Sequence record: OP870145.1
Length of the DNA: 64,000 bases
DNA from: Escherichia phage vB_Eco_F26
Reading direction: 5' to 3' (one strand)
In this document: piece by piece, positions 35,985 to 48,684 of the stretch
Position numbering within the stretch: position 1 is the stretch's first letter
Layout of the letters: each line of letters starts with the position of its first letter
Made by a program: the position numbers and the translations under genes
The notes under the pieces: model-generated
The model's database searches: none
The model's input: only the letters and a program-made list of their open reading frames with translations
What the model was told of the DNA's origin: nothing

Positions 35985-36007
35985 AAAGGACTCCCGAAGG
36001 AGTCCTC
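35985..36007 (-). terminator. rho-independent terminator after 30.9-like gene
   Basis: AGGACTCC-CGAA-GGAGTCCT hairpin followed by TTTTTTATTTT on - strand. Confidence 0.6.
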
Positions 36008-36010
36008 AAC

Positions 36011-36187
36011 TTATGCTTTCTGCTTACCAAAACGAGAAGCATCATCTCGAAGAACCGCCCGTGCTCGGCGCATGATCTTCTCAACAGTTTGATTGATACG
36101 AGAGTTCGACCCACGCTTGTAACCAGCGCGTTTAGAATCACCAACTTTCTTTTCAACTGCTTTCTTTGCTTTAGCTTGTTTTGCCAT
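36011..36187 (-). CDS. small basic protein (30.9-like)
   Basis: 58 aa from ATG 36187 with AAGAGA SD; Lys/Arg rich. Confidence 0.45.
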   Translation of the reverse strand: MAKQAKAKKAVEKKVGDSKRAGYKRGSNSRINQTVEKIMRRARAVLRDDASRFGKQKA

Positions 36188-36432
36188 TATAAATTCTCTT
36201 TTAAATGAAAATGCAGGACTTATTGGCATTGCCTGCGCAAGCCCTCAAGGGGAACATAGGTTTTTGGATATTTAACGACCAGGATAACCATAAACCCGTC
36301 ATCATTCACATTCAAGAGGTACACCATAAAACTGCCGGGGTCTTAAAACTATAATGATTCGCAAATCATTAATCAGACAGTTCGATGGCTCCTCGATTTT
36401 AGCTCACACTAAGGCAGTGAATCTCCAATAAA

Positions 36433-36681
36433 TTACTTCAGTGTTACCACAAAGTGACGAACTGCTTTTCGTGCAGCAGAAGCCAAAGGCTTAGCATATT
36501 TAAGTTCATCTTTTTCCTGAAGCTCAGCAGCTAATGCAGTTTGAGCAGGATTCAGATGTTTGAAATAACGCAGGATTTCAAGAGCTTCGGCTTCAACATC
36601 AATAGATGCGCCATAGTTTTCGTGACCATTATTCCATGCGTTTCGTTGCAGTTCAAGAGCGTGTTGTAATTGTTTAATCAT
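36433..36681 (-). CDS. rIII: lysis inhibition accessory protein RIII
   Basis: 82 aa as T4 RIII; position between 30.x and 31. Confidence 0.75.
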   Translation of the reverse strand: MIKQLQHALELQRNAWNNGHENYGASIDVEAEALEILRYFKHLNPAQTALAAELQEKDELKYAKPLASAARKAVRHFVVTLK

Positions 36682-36828
36682 TTAAAAATTCTCGTTAGAG
36701 ATTAAAACTCGGTAGTCACGTTCTTCTGAATTTCATCTTCTTTCGACAGATCTCTCAGTTGTAGACTACCACATAGAATTGTTCGGTTAACTTATTATTC
36801 CGACACCCAATTCATATTATTATTTATA

Positions 36829-37164
36829 TCACTTATAAAGACACGGAATAGCTTTATAATGACAGGTAACAAATTTTTGTTTAATTTCTTTTGGCTGCTT
36901 AAGACCCAGAGCTACAAAAGGATGCGGAACATTTCGAATTTGACCAACTGGAAGAGAAGTCAAATCACCAACTTCGCAGAAACCTTTAGGAACATCAGGA
37001 CCAACAGAGTGAACTACACACAATTCAGGAACTTCACCTTGAACACGTTTACCGATAATAAGTCCTGATTCTGTAACTTCTTCATCACCGGCTTGTGCAG
37101 GTTCAGAAACTAAAATAACATATTCACCGACAGCACGAATTGGTAGCTGTTGTACTTCAGACAT
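36829..37164 (-). CDS. 31: co-chaperonin gp31 (GroES-like)
   Basis: 111 aa; sequence recognisable as T4 gp31. Confidence 0.85.
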   Translation of the reverse strand: MSEVQQLPIRAVGEYVILVSEPAQAGDEEVTESGLIIGKRVQGEVPELCVVHSVGPDVPKGFCEVGDLTSLPVGQIRNVPHPFVALGLKQPKEIKQKFVTCHYKAIPCLYK

Positions 37165-37220
37165 CGTTTTTCCTTTTTGCTAACAGATGAATTAATAATA
37201 ACAAATAATTCTTAAAGCAT

Positions 37221-37529
37221 TTATTTACCAATAAATTGAAGCAAATGCTCAACTTTCATACCATTAACAGAAATCAATTTGTCAATAGAAAAACCTCGCC
37301 AAGCGCCAAGTTCAACATCAAATACTGGAATCATGTCAGTAGATTCTTTCCGAGTAGATTCAGTCAATTTACCAGTTTGCATGGTTGGCATAAAGTCTGC
37401 ATCACGAGTACCTTTCATAGTACGAATAGTACCATCAGACTTTTCAAAAACTATGTTTGAAACACCCATGGACAATTTAGTTTTCAAAATTTCACGAATT
37501 GCTACTTTCTGCTCAGTTGTCAGTTTCAT
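37221..37529 (-). CDS. hypothetical protein (31.1-like)
   Basis: 102 aa ORF. Confidence 0.5.
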   Translation of the reverse strand: MKLTTEQKVAIREILKTKLSMGVSNIVFEKSDGTIRTMKGTRDADFMPTMQTGKLTESTRKESTDMIPVFDVELGAWRGFSIDKLISVNGMKVEHLLQFIGK

Positions 37530-37766
37530 TTATTTACCTATTACAGTTTTAATATGAGTTGTTCCACGTTCTTTAAGGGTGGAAAGTAATTTTTGGCATT
37601 TTTCTAAATCAGATTTCCAACTATATGGTCTATCATTACAAACCCAATTTGTCTTATAATACTGTTTCCATTTAGAGAAAAAATATTTCTTATACTCTAC
37701 AGCAAATGAGATGTTCTCGTTAGAATAAGAACTAATTGCTGTGAGTTGTACCAAACGAAATTTCAT
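37530..37766 (-). CDS. hypothetical protein (31.2-like)
   Basis: 78 aa ORF abutting cd. Confidence 0.45.
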   Translation of the reverse strand: MKFRLVQLTAISSYSNENISFAVEYKKYFFSKWKQYYKTNWVCNDRPYSWKSDLEKCQKLLSTLKERGTTHIKTVIGK

Positions 37767-38347
37767 TATTCACCACAGAATTCGTTGATATTTTCCCAGT
37801 TTAACTTATTCAAGTTTTTCTTAGGAACATTAAACACTTCAATACCTGCATTTCGCAGAATATCATCCCAGCCAGGTTTATTTTTATCGTATGTTTCGCA
37901 ATAAACCAGTTTTTTAATTCCAGATTGAGCTATCGCTTTTGCACAATCTGGACAAGGAGAAAGTGTTACATACATAGTAGCACCTTCAATAGAAGAACCA
38001 TTTCGTGCAGCAAACAAAATTGCGTTTAGTTCAGCATGAATTTCATTTTTAGATGACCATTCCGAGTGAGCACTACGATGTTCTTTCGCCAAGACAAAAC
38101 GATCAGTTGAACCAAATGATACGCATTCAGGCTTATGGCCTTGAATGATAGTATGTTTAGGCTTATTCAACAACCATCCTTGCTCAGCAGCATAATCACA
38201 ACAGTTCACACCACCTGCAGGTGAACCATTATATCCGGTAGAAATAATACGTCCATTCTTTTCAATTACTGCTCCTACCTTCCAGGAGCAACATTTTGAT
38301 TCTTGTGATACTAAATATGCAATTTGAAGTACTGTACTCGCTTTCAT
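37766..38347 (-). CDS. cd: dCMP deaminase
   Basis: 193 aa; zinc-binding HAELNAI and SPCPDCAKAI motifs. Confidence 0.85.
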   Translation of the reverse strand: MKASTVLQIAYLVSQESKCCSWKVGAVIEKNGRIISTGYNGSPAGGVNCCDYAAEQGWLLNKPKHTIIQGHKPECVSFGSTDRFVLAKEHRSAHSEWSSKNEIHAELNAILFAARNGSSIEGATMYVTLSPCPDCAKAIAQSGIKKLVYCETYDKNKPGWDDILRNAGIEVFNVPKKNLNKLNWENINEFCGE

Positions 38348-38682
38348 TTCATAATCACCAGATAAGCAGATTTAGCAGTTTCAACACGATAAATTTCATG
38401 ACGAAGTTTAGTTATACTTTTAATAACAGAACTAATTATATTCTGCCCATCTTTAAAGCGGTTTTTCTTATCAATAAAAACTGCGCCAGTCATCTTTTTA
38501 TGAAGCTCAACTGGATACTTCGTCACAATAATAGCATCATACACAGAAGGATGAATACTATTCACCAGAGTATCATTCATTAAAGTTATTCTAATGAACT
38601 TTGCTGTTTCAGAGTCAAGCGCTCTATGATCGCCAGTATCATTTTCAAGACAATTATCAATTATATCAGTTAAATTCATCAT
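38344..38682 (-). CDS. hypothetical protein (cd.x)
   Basis: 112 aa ORF overlapping cd start. Confidence 0.45.
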   Translation of the reverse strand: MMNLTDIIDNCLENDTGDHRALDSETAKFIRITLMNDTLVNSIHPSVYDAIIVTKYPVELHKKMTGAVFIDKKNRFKDGQNIISSVIKSITKLRHEIYRVETAKSAYLVIMK

Positions 38683-38918
38683 AGTACGCCATACACCCTT
38701 TGTGCTTCAACTAATCCATCAAAATCCAGTTTAAGATGCGATATTTGATCGCCATCACCTGGATTCACAATTACTAATACTGAACGAGGAGTTTCGGTAA
38801 TAACACGAACCGATGTTTCAGGAAATCGTTCAGAAACCTTATTTACCAATTCCTGCGCAAATAGTTTAACTTTTTCTTGGAATTCTTTAGCAGTAATTGG
38901 TTTTTCACTTAGCAGCAT
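38679..38918 (-). CDS. hypothetical protein (cd.x)
   Basis: 79 aa ORF. Confidence 0.45.
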   Translation of the reverse strand: MLLSEKPITAKEFQEKVKLFAQELVNKVSERFPETSVRVITETPRSVLVIVNPGDGDQISHLKLDFDGLVEAQRVYGVL

Positions 38919-38979
38919 TTTGTTTTCCTCATTTGTTTGGTAGAGCTATAATATCACAACTCTACCGTAAAGTAAACTA

Positions 38980-39255
38980 TTAAATTGCTTTGAATTCTGC
39001 TGTCTGCGATTCAAAACGAATATCGCCTTTGATGACTAGCTCAGCATCAAGACCGAATACAACAATGATATGCGCGGAATCTGGATACAGCGTAATGGCA
39101 ACAGAATCCACCTGGTCTGGAAGCAAAGTGTTCAATACATGAGTCACTTGAGCATGGATTCGAAGCTCAGCTGCATTATCAAGTTTTTCAAACATATTAT
39201 TAGCGATAATTTGGCTAAACACTACTTCTACGATTTTAGAGTAAGTCGGAAACAT
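38980..39255 (-). CDS. hypothetical protein (cd.x)
   Basis: ORF trimmed to internal Met MFPTYSK. Confidence 0.4.
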   Translation of the reverse strand: MFPTYSKIVEVVFSQIIANNMFEKLDNAAELRIHAQVTHVLNTLLPDQVDSVAITLYPDSAHIIVVFGLDAELVIKGDIRFESQTAEFKAI

Positions 39256-39319
39256 ATTTACCTCACATAATTTTCTTCGAGCCAATTAATAATAGTCCAA
39301 GTTTCATGGTGCCAAGCCA

Positions 39320-40520
<1,201 letters not shown>

Positions 40521-40524
<4 letters not shown>

Positions 40525-40751
40525 TTATTTTTCTCAACTAATGATTGAATATAATCATGTAGGTCTTTAGATGCTTTGCCCCACTTATTTTGATATTCAT
40601 TTTTGAGATTAGCACGTGATTGAGCTAATAAAACATCATTAGTTGGAGGTAAAGATTCTAACCGCTGAATCTGGCGTCCATAAATCATTGCAGCCATCTC
40701 GGATTCATAAATCAATCCTTTGAGATGTTCAAATTGATGCCATGAAATCAT
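40521..40751 (-). CDS. hypothetical protein (pseT.x)
   Basis: 76 aa ORF. Confidence 0.45.
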
Positions 40752-41047
40752 TTACATTTATCCTCTTTTAGCTCTTGACGATAATAACATATCATAGTTT
40801 TCTGGTCATGTACATATCGTTTTACATCATTAAGCCAAATACGAAATTCCTGGGAATCTTCAAATGGCATACCGACCCAAGCTTTACCATCGATAACTTT
40901 AACTTGCCAAGATAGTTTAGCTTCATCATATGACTTTATTTGTACAGGCCAATTAGGATGAACTGTTTCTTTCTTTACTTCTAGAGGCTTTGTCGAACAA
41001 CCAACTAGAAGACCAATAGATAATATTACTGCTGATAGTTTAATCAT
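40748..41047 (-). CDS. putative o-spanin (outer-membrane lipoprotein)
   Basis: Signal peptide with lipobox LLVGC; 99 aa; directly downstream of a TM/coiled-coil ORF. Confidence 0.55.
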   Translation of the reverse strand: MIKLSAVILSIGLLVGCSTKPLEVKKETVHPNWPVQIKSYDEAKLSWQVKVIDGKAWVGMPFEDSQEFRIWLNDVKRYVHDQKTMICYYRQELKEDKCK

Positions 41048-41397
41048 TTAGAAAGGTCCTGGATGTCTTCTGCGAACTTGTTGAAGGAGTTGTTGATTTG
41101 TTTTTCAACCAATCCTGGCTTATGAGCCACCACATCCGCCTTCTTTGCGTCTTTGCGCAGTTTTTCATTTTCACGCTCAATAGCAGCAATTGCCTCACGA
41201 TTTTTATTATTCATCGCATCAATATAATTATACTGAATTCGCAAATTATTTAATGCTAAGGCGTTTTCATTGGCCGTTTTTGTAATTTCAGTAACTGATG
41301 TTTCTAATCTTTCTACCTTATTTTTTAAAATAATAGATGTTCCGCCAAATGCTATTACAAGTAATAGCAATCCAGCTGTAAAATTACTTACATGCAT
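41044..41397 (-). CDS. putative i-spanin (N-terminal TM helix plus coiled coil)
   Basis: Hydrophobic N-terminus GLLLLVIAFGGTSIIL then charged helical region; paired with lipoprotein ORF. Confidence 0.5.
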   Translation of the reverse strand: MHVSNFTAGLLLLVIAFGGTSIILKNKVERLETSVTEITKTANENALALNNLRIQYNYIDAMNNKNREAIAAIERENEKLRKDAKKADVVAHKPGLVEKQINNSFNKFAEDIQDLSK

Positions 41398-41894
41398 AAA
41401 GTTTTAATAACCTCTATAATATCGTCTTGAGAAAGACCGTTAATTAAAATATGATGTTCAGCTGGAGATTTAGAAATTTTAAAGCATGCCTCAACATCTT
41501 CTGCCATATCCGATGCACTACGGTTTGGATTACTAATACCAAGGCGGTGTTTTCCCGTCAAAGGATTAACGATGATATAGCATTTGCAGTTATTGATATG
41601 AACATTAGGTTGAGTCTGATTAATGAACACTTCACAATCATACTTAGCGAGTTGATTTTCTAAAAAGACTTTCATCTCTTCAACCGCATCAGGAAGCATA
41701 TCACGGGCTTGCTCAAGACGACGATTTCGATATTCTTTAATGGTCGTTTTCCGCTTGACTTGCTTAGCTAAATCTTTCTTAAGATCAGTGATATATCCAA
41801 CTCGACGATTTCCTTTGAATACAGAAATCCCATCTGTAGTATCACCGTATGCTTCAACGACCATTTCAGTAGTAATAAGTTGTAAATCCATCAT
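41388..41894 (-). CDS. alc: Alc, host transcription unfolding/termination protein
   Basis: 168 aa; position between pseT.x and rnlA. Confidence 0.65.
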   Translation of the reverse strand: MMDLQLITTEMVVEAYGDTTDGISVFKGNRRVGYITDLKKDLAKQVKRKTTIKEYRNRRLEQARDMLPDAVEEMKVFLENQLAKYDCEVFINQTQPNVHINNCKCYIIVNPLTGKHRLGISNPNRSASDMAEDVEACFKISKSPAEHHILINGLSQDDIIEVIKTLCM

Positions 41895-41955
41895 AAAGTC
41901 CTCATGTTATGTCAGTAAGACTACTGTAACACAACACGAGGGACTTGTAAACAGC

Positions 41956-43543
<1,588 letters not shown>

Positions 43544-43547
43544 AATA

Positions 43548-43568
43548 AAATGGGCCTTGCGGCCCACT
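43548..43568 (-). terminator. rho-independent terminator after nrdB
   Basis: TGGGCC-TTGC-GGCCCA hairpin followed by TTTTATTAT on - strand. Confidence 0.55.
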
Positions 43569-43570
43569 CC

Positions 43571-44072
43571 TTAAAAGTATTTTTTAAAACTCATCATAAC
43601 TTTATCATCAACATCATTATCAATCTGTGCAACAAGGTAAGATGACAGTTCTACTTCTTGTGGCGCGGATTGAACATTATCAGAATTAAGATATTCACGA
43701 ATCCAAGGATATGGGTGTTTAACCGGAGCATCGGTAATTGGGCATGGAAGACCACACTGTTTCATACGAGATACAGTTAAGTAATCAATAAAGCTCCACA
43801 TGCTATTTGTATTTAATCCAGGAACATCGCCATCTTTAAATAAATGAACTGCCCAATCTTTTTCTTGGCGGTTAACTTCCATGAAAATATCAACTGCTTC
43901 TTGTTCACACTCTTGAGCAATTTTAACCCATTCATCACCATCAGTACCGGATTGAAGCTGACGAATAATATATTGAGTGCCTTTAAGGTGAAGCTGCTCA
44001 TCACGTGCAATGAACTTCATAATCTTGGCATTACCTTCCATGATTTCCATGTTCTTATGGAAGTTAAAGGTA
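43571..44072 (-). CDS. nrdB: ribonucleotide reductase small subunit NrdB, exon 2 (boundary approximate)
   Basis: In-frame continuation ...FNFHKNMEIMEGNAKI matching R2 proteins; joins exon 1 across a ~598-nt intron. Confidence 0.8.
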
Positions 44073-44670
44073 CCGTTATGTTCGATTGAGCTCGCTAATT
44101 CTCAACCCGTTCTCTTATGAACTGCTACATATTACTATGCAGACCAGACTATATCACAATCCCAGAGGGATTCTCCCCATTTCGAGTCGCTTGACCCTAC
44201 GTCCGAAGACTAGTCGTTGAACCTTGCTTTGCAATTGTCGCCGTGCCATCGTTTATATGTTGATGGTGATAAATCTTTCTTATCACAATATGGACAATTC
44301 AATTGAATTCTATTTGGATTTAATTTACATCTGTCATTATGTTTTAGATAAAATCCAGGACCTTTACCAATGTGACCACAGAAATCACATGTGATTTCTT
44401 TTTGTGCAGGATGGGTCCCGTTCTTAACCATTTCTAATGTTTTTGCTGATGTTCTTTTCTTATGGTCTTCCATCAGAATCTTTAGGTAGGTCCGTTAGCA
44501 TCTATCCAAATTTTTCTATAGTTCAATTGTGCATCCTCTTAAAAGTATAATCATATTATACTAATTAAAGGTGCAAGCAAAACCTTGGCTGCTAGTTTTC
44601 CTATAAAGGACTTTCTAGCAATTAAAGGAGTTTTCGATAAACGTTACCGTTTAAAGGCGCATTTTACGCA
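44073..44670 (-). mobile_element. group I self-splicing intron in nrdB (boundaries approximate)
   Basis: In-frame stop right after FYVSFA; conserved group I elements (GACUAUA / UAGUC); contains I-TevIII remnant ORF; ~598 nt. Confidence 0.7.
44210..44473 (-). CDS. I-TevIII homing endonuclease remnant (zinc-finger domain only)
   Basis: 87 aa with two Cx2C..H..C zinc fingers and no HNH catalytic region; intron-encoded. Confidence 0.7.
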   Translation of the reverse strand: MEDHKKRTSAKTLEMVKNGTHPAQKEITCDFCGHIGKGPGFYLKHNDRCKLNPNRIQLNCPYCDKKDLSPSTYKRWHGDNCKARFND

Positions 44671-45341
44671 AAAGATACATAAAAACGAATAGCTTCTAAG
44701 GCATTAATAACGTGCAAACAGAGGTAAAGAGATTTCATTAAAGCACGTTTAGCTTCGGCTTCTTGTTTAATAGCTCGGTTTAAACGAAAGTCGGCATCAG
44801 GAGATTCTTTAGCTAGTTCTACAAATTCTTTAGCATTTTCCCATTCACGGGTTTTAGTCAGAACATCATCATAATAACGACCGATAGATTCAGCACGTTT
44901 CATAATAGCTTCATCTAATACAATCTCATCAAATACCTTTGACGGATCAGTATAAAGATTTCGCATGATATGAGTATATGACCGACTGTGAATAGTTTCA
45001 CTAAAAGTCCATGTAGCAACCCATGTATCAAGGCTTGGGTCTGAAAGCAATGGCATAAGTACAGCAGACGGCGCACGACCTTGAATACTATCAAGTAATG
45101 ATTGATACTTCAGATTATTAGTAAAAATATTTTGTTGATACTGAGGAAGCTTATTAAACTGTGCAGCATCCATCATTAAGTTAACTTCTTCGGGACGCCA
45201 GAAAAACGAGAGCGAACGTTCAATAAGTTCTTCAAATACTCGATGTCGTTGAATATCATAACGCGCAATTCCAAGACCAGACCCAAAAAACATAGGTTCT
45301 TTTAAAACATCGACCTGTTTAGTATTAAAAACTGTACTCAT
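44671..45341 (-). CDS. nrdB: ribonucleotide reductase small subunit NrdB, exon 1
   Basis: N-terminal R2 sequence ending ...ALEAIRFYVSF(A) followed by in-frame TAA at intron start. Confidence 0.8.
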
Positions 45342-46933
45342 TATTTTGTCCTGTAAACTAAATTTCCACAGTCCCAGATTCTTCTAAGACCATTTGCATA
45401 ACAATTTTCTACTTCAGTTATTGTATCATCATAATTTTTAAGCTTGTTTTTAAGCTTATGTTTCATATAGCTTGAGCGGTGAAATACCTCTCCTTTATCG
45501 ACGTACCAATAACATGGCTCAGAGATATGACTAAATTCCATGACAGAGTCATAAACATTTGATAATGTACTGCACCATCTTCGATTGCCATAAGATAGAC
45601 AATTAATTCCTTTTAATAATTTTGAGGCTCCTCCTACAACACAAATCCCTAATTTTGAACACATCCTTAAAAGTTCATCACCTGAGCTATATCTAGATTT
45701 ACCGATAGAAATAATTTGAACTAACTCATTATTGTAATAAAGTCCTTTATACGTATGAGCTCCTGAGCAAAATCCTTGAAGATGATTCTTATTAATAAAT
45801 TCTTTTGCCTCATCCTTATTAACAAAACGCGCTTTGCATTTTCGGGCTGGTATTCTTTCTGATAATCCTAATTTATGCTTTATAATGGATTTCCAGATCT
45901 CTCTTTTTGTATCATCAATCCATTCATTTTCGAAGATGTGAAGTAATTGAATTCCTTGTGCTTCACACATCTCTGTCTTCATCAAATGATAAGTTTCTTT
46001 AATTTTATCTGTTTCCTTTGACCCGCTAGAATGCCAATAAATTCCATCGTATTCTATAGCCAATTTTTTCTCAGGAATGTAAATATCTAATTCATACGGA
46101 GGAATAATTTTTCTAGTTTCTACGCAATCAAATCCTAGATCTAAAATGAATTGCTCTATAGAACTTTGAGTATAATGAACGTCAATTAGTCCTTTGGATG
46201 AAAGAGCTCTATAAGCCGTCATCCGAGAACAATTTGCTAATTGTTGTAGTTCTTCTATAGAAATTTTGTAATTGATTTTATCTAGTATATCATGATTAAT
46301 ATGACCGTTATTTTTAATAGATTTTCCTATAGATGAATATAACGATGCCTTATATTCTTCAGTCCAATTTAATTTAGTCTTCTTAGATTTTTCGCGAGAT
46401 TTTCGAGAATTCAGAATATCAACTGATTTACCGTTTTCTATAACTTTTCTCGCTTCTTTCACACTTTCTAATTGTGAATTATGCGTTACCCCATATCGTT
46501 TAATTAAAGTTTTTCTATTTTTATTTCTTGAAATTTTTTGATGAGTTGTTCCATATTTTTCTAAAGAATTTTTGCGTTGAAGTTCAGACAAATATTTTTT
46601 ATATTTTTCTTTTCCGCCAAAATTTGTATCACGGCTTTGAATTCTCTTATCCGCGAAAAATATCCCTGAGCAGGATTTACTACATGTTGCTGGAAATACA
46701 CGTTTCTTTGCTGTTTTCAGAGAAATGAAATTTCCACAAACTGCACATTTTAGATCGTTAATGTCAATGCCTTCCATAATTTGGAACACATTGAGCTTAA
46801 AATCTATTCCATCAGTTAGAAGAGCTTTATCTTCTTCTGTTAGTCTAGATTTAAGTTTTTCTTCTCCAAATGGAAGAAACTTTCCGTTTTTGTATATATT
46901 ATCAAACATAGCGTTATTCTTAGTTAACCACAT
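45341..46933 (-). CDS. large free-standing endonuclease-like protein (Zn ribbon + PD-(D/E)xK / Vsr-like core), possible Hef-type homing endonuclease
   Basis: 530 aa; N-terminal CAVCGN...CSKSC; repeated KYG(T/V)TH modules; HTH-like LANCSRMTAYRAL; core ELDIYIPEKKLAIEYDGIYWHSS; Cys-rich C-terminus; sits at the nrdA/nrdB intergenic locus. Confidence 0.55.
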   Translation of the reverse strand: MWLTKNNAMFDNIYKNGKFLPFGEEKLKSRLTEEDKALLTDGIDFKLNVFQIMEGIDINDLKCAVCGNFISLKTAKKRVFPATCSKSCSGIFFADKRIQSRDTNFGGKEKYKKYLSELQRKNSLEKYGTTHQKISRNKNRKTLIKRYGVTHNSQLESVKEARKVIENGKSVDILNSRKSREKSKKTKLNWTEEYKASLYSSIGKSIKNNGHINHDILDKINYKISIEELQQLANCSRMTAYRALSSKGLIDVHYTQSSIEQFILDLGFDCVETRKIIPPYELDIYIPEKKLAIEYDGIYWHSSGSKETDKIKETYHLMKTEMCEAQGIQLLHIFENEWIDDTKREIWKSIIKHKLGLSERIPARKCKARFVNKDEAKEFINKNHLQGFCSGAHTYKGLYYNNELVQIISIGKSRYSSGDELLRMCSKLGICVVGGASKLLKGINCLSYGNRRWCSTLSNVYDSVMEFSHISEPCYWYVDKGEVFHRSSYMKHKLKNKLKNYDDTITEVENCYANGLRRIWDCGNLVYRTK

Positions 46934-46949
46934 CCTTGTGGTAATTATA

Positions 46950-47939
46950 TCATAATTTACAGGATGAACAATCTTCAGCTTTTGGAGTTTCTATTTCATA
47001 ATCATCAGTGCCAGAACCATCGCGGGTATTATGATAATAGAAATTTTTTCCGCCAAAATACCAAAAATACAAAAGGTCATCAATCATTATTGACATTGGA
47101 ACCTTTCCTTTTGGAAAAATCTGCGGGTCATAGTATGTATTCGCTGAAGCTGATTGACATACCCATTTCAGCATAATAGCTACCTGCGTAAGATAAGGTT
47201 TATTACCTTTCTTAGCTAATTTCCATGTATAATCATAGAGGTCTATGTTATGCTCAATATTGGGCACGACTTGATTAAAGGAGCCCTCTTTTGATTCTTT
47301 AACAGAGACTGGTCCACGTGGAGGCTCGATACCGTTTGTACTGTTAGAAACTTGGGAAGATGACTCACATGGCATAAGTGCTGATAATGTGCTATTACGG
47401 ATGCCAAAGAGCTTAAGGTCTTCCCGCAGCGCCGACCAGTCACAAACGTATTTTGGAGCTGCGATTTGGTCAATCTTTTTATTGTACCAGTCGATAGGTA
47501 ATTCGCCTCGAGACCAACGAGTGTCTGAATAATATTCGCAAGGTCCTTTTTCTTTGGCGAGCTTAATGGATGCTTTAATGAGTCCATACTGTAATCTCTC
47601 AAATAGTTCATGTGTTAAATCGTTAGCATCTTCATAAGAAGCAAAGTTGCTTGCCAGCCAAGCTGCATAGTTAGTAACACCTACACCGAGGTTACGACGC
47701 TTTTTAGCTTTTTCTGCTTCAGGAACTGGATATCCTTGATAATCCAAAAGATTATCAAGAGCGCGAACTTGAACTTCTGCCAATTCATTAATTTTATCTT
47801 GGTCTTGCCAATCGAAGTTATCCAGTACGAAGGCAGAGAGAGTACAAAGCCCCACTTCTCCCTTGTTTTCAATAACTTTTATTGTAGTATACTCATCATC
47901 TTCGTAAAATTCATCTACAAATTCATAATCAATATTCAT
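46950..47939 (-). CDS. nrdA: ribonucleotide reductase large subunit NrdA, C-terminal piece
   Basis: 329 aa; aligns to class Ia R1 from ...GEVGLCTLSAF to C-terminal CxxC tail; own ATG overlapping the HNH stop. Confidence 0.8.
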   Translation of the reverse strand: MNIDYEFVDEFYEDDEYTTIKVIENKGEVGLCTLSAFVLDNFDWQDQDKINELAEVQVRALDNLLDYQGYPVPEAEKAKKRRNLGVGVTNYAAWLASNFASYEDANDLTHELFERLQYGLIKASIKLAKEKGPCEYYSDTRWSRGELPIDWYNKKIDQIAAPKYVCDWSALREDLKLFGIRNSTLSALMPCESSSQVSNSTNGIEPPRGPVSVKESKEGSFNQVVPNIEHNIDLYDYTWKLAKKGNKPYLTQVAIMLKWVCQSASANTYYDPQIFPKGKVPMSIMIDDLLYFWYFGGKNFYYHNTRDGSGTDDYEIETPKAEDCSSCKL

Positions 47940-48639
47940 TTAATTCTTCTACCTTTTTTCTAGTAATTCCTAAAGCTTTAGATGCTCGATGTATTGATTG
48001 ATATTCTATACCGTTTATTTTTACAGCAATTAAGTTATGGGGTTTTAATCCCTTTGGATGAGGTTTACTGACGAAAACTAAATTATCAAGCTCTGAAATC
48101 TTATCCAATTTCTTACACTTAAATCCTTTGTGATGCGCCCGTTTACCTTTACAAACGGCTGACATTGCAGATGAATTTAAATTATGCTCTTTACAAAATT
48201 CGTTAAGACCTCGATGAATTTCCTCATGACCATCCGGAAATGTAAACACCCAAGATGTTTGAAGTCGAGATTTAACTTCTGGAGACATAGGAATACCTTT
48301 GTTCCAAGCTGGTTTGCCTTTATTATTTTCAGATACAGAAATAGCCAATTTTCTTCTAAGCCACCCATGGCGTTTATTGGTGTTCTTTCGTTCAATATTA
48401 TCTTCAGAATAAACACACATCATATTAGCGGCAAATATCAATTTATGATTATCTGGATATATCTTTACTAATAATTGATGAGCTATGTAATGCTCTTCTG
48501 GCGTCAAATCTACCAGGTTTTCCTTTGTATCAGAACCACCAATACACAGAGGTATAATATGGTGTGATTCGGTATAGCAATCTAATTTTCTGTTCTTAGC
48601 TTTAGAAATAAGGTTATTGTAAATTTTAGAATAATCCAT
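47929..48639 (-). CDS. free-standing HNH homing endonuclease inserted within nrdA
   Basis: 236 aa; motif YTESHHIIPLCIGG..N..EHYIAH; own SD (GAGGAAAA); paralog of the two + strand HNH genes. Confidence 0.8.
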   Translation of the reverse strand: MDYSKIYNNLISKAKNRKLDCYTESHHIIPLCIGGSDTKENLVDLTPEEHYIAHQLLVKIYPDNHKLIFAANMMCVYSEDNIERKNTNKRHGWLRRKLAISVSENNKGKPAWNKGIPMSPEVKSRLQTSWVFTFPDGHEEIHRGLNEFCKEHNLNSSAMSAVCKGKRAHHKGFKCKKLDKISELDNLVFVSKPHPKGLKPHNLIAVKINGIEYQSIHRASKALGITRKKVEELNEY

Positions 48640-48684
48640 AACTTTTCCTCTTGTTATGGATTATTTATTAACGGTCTGTGTACT

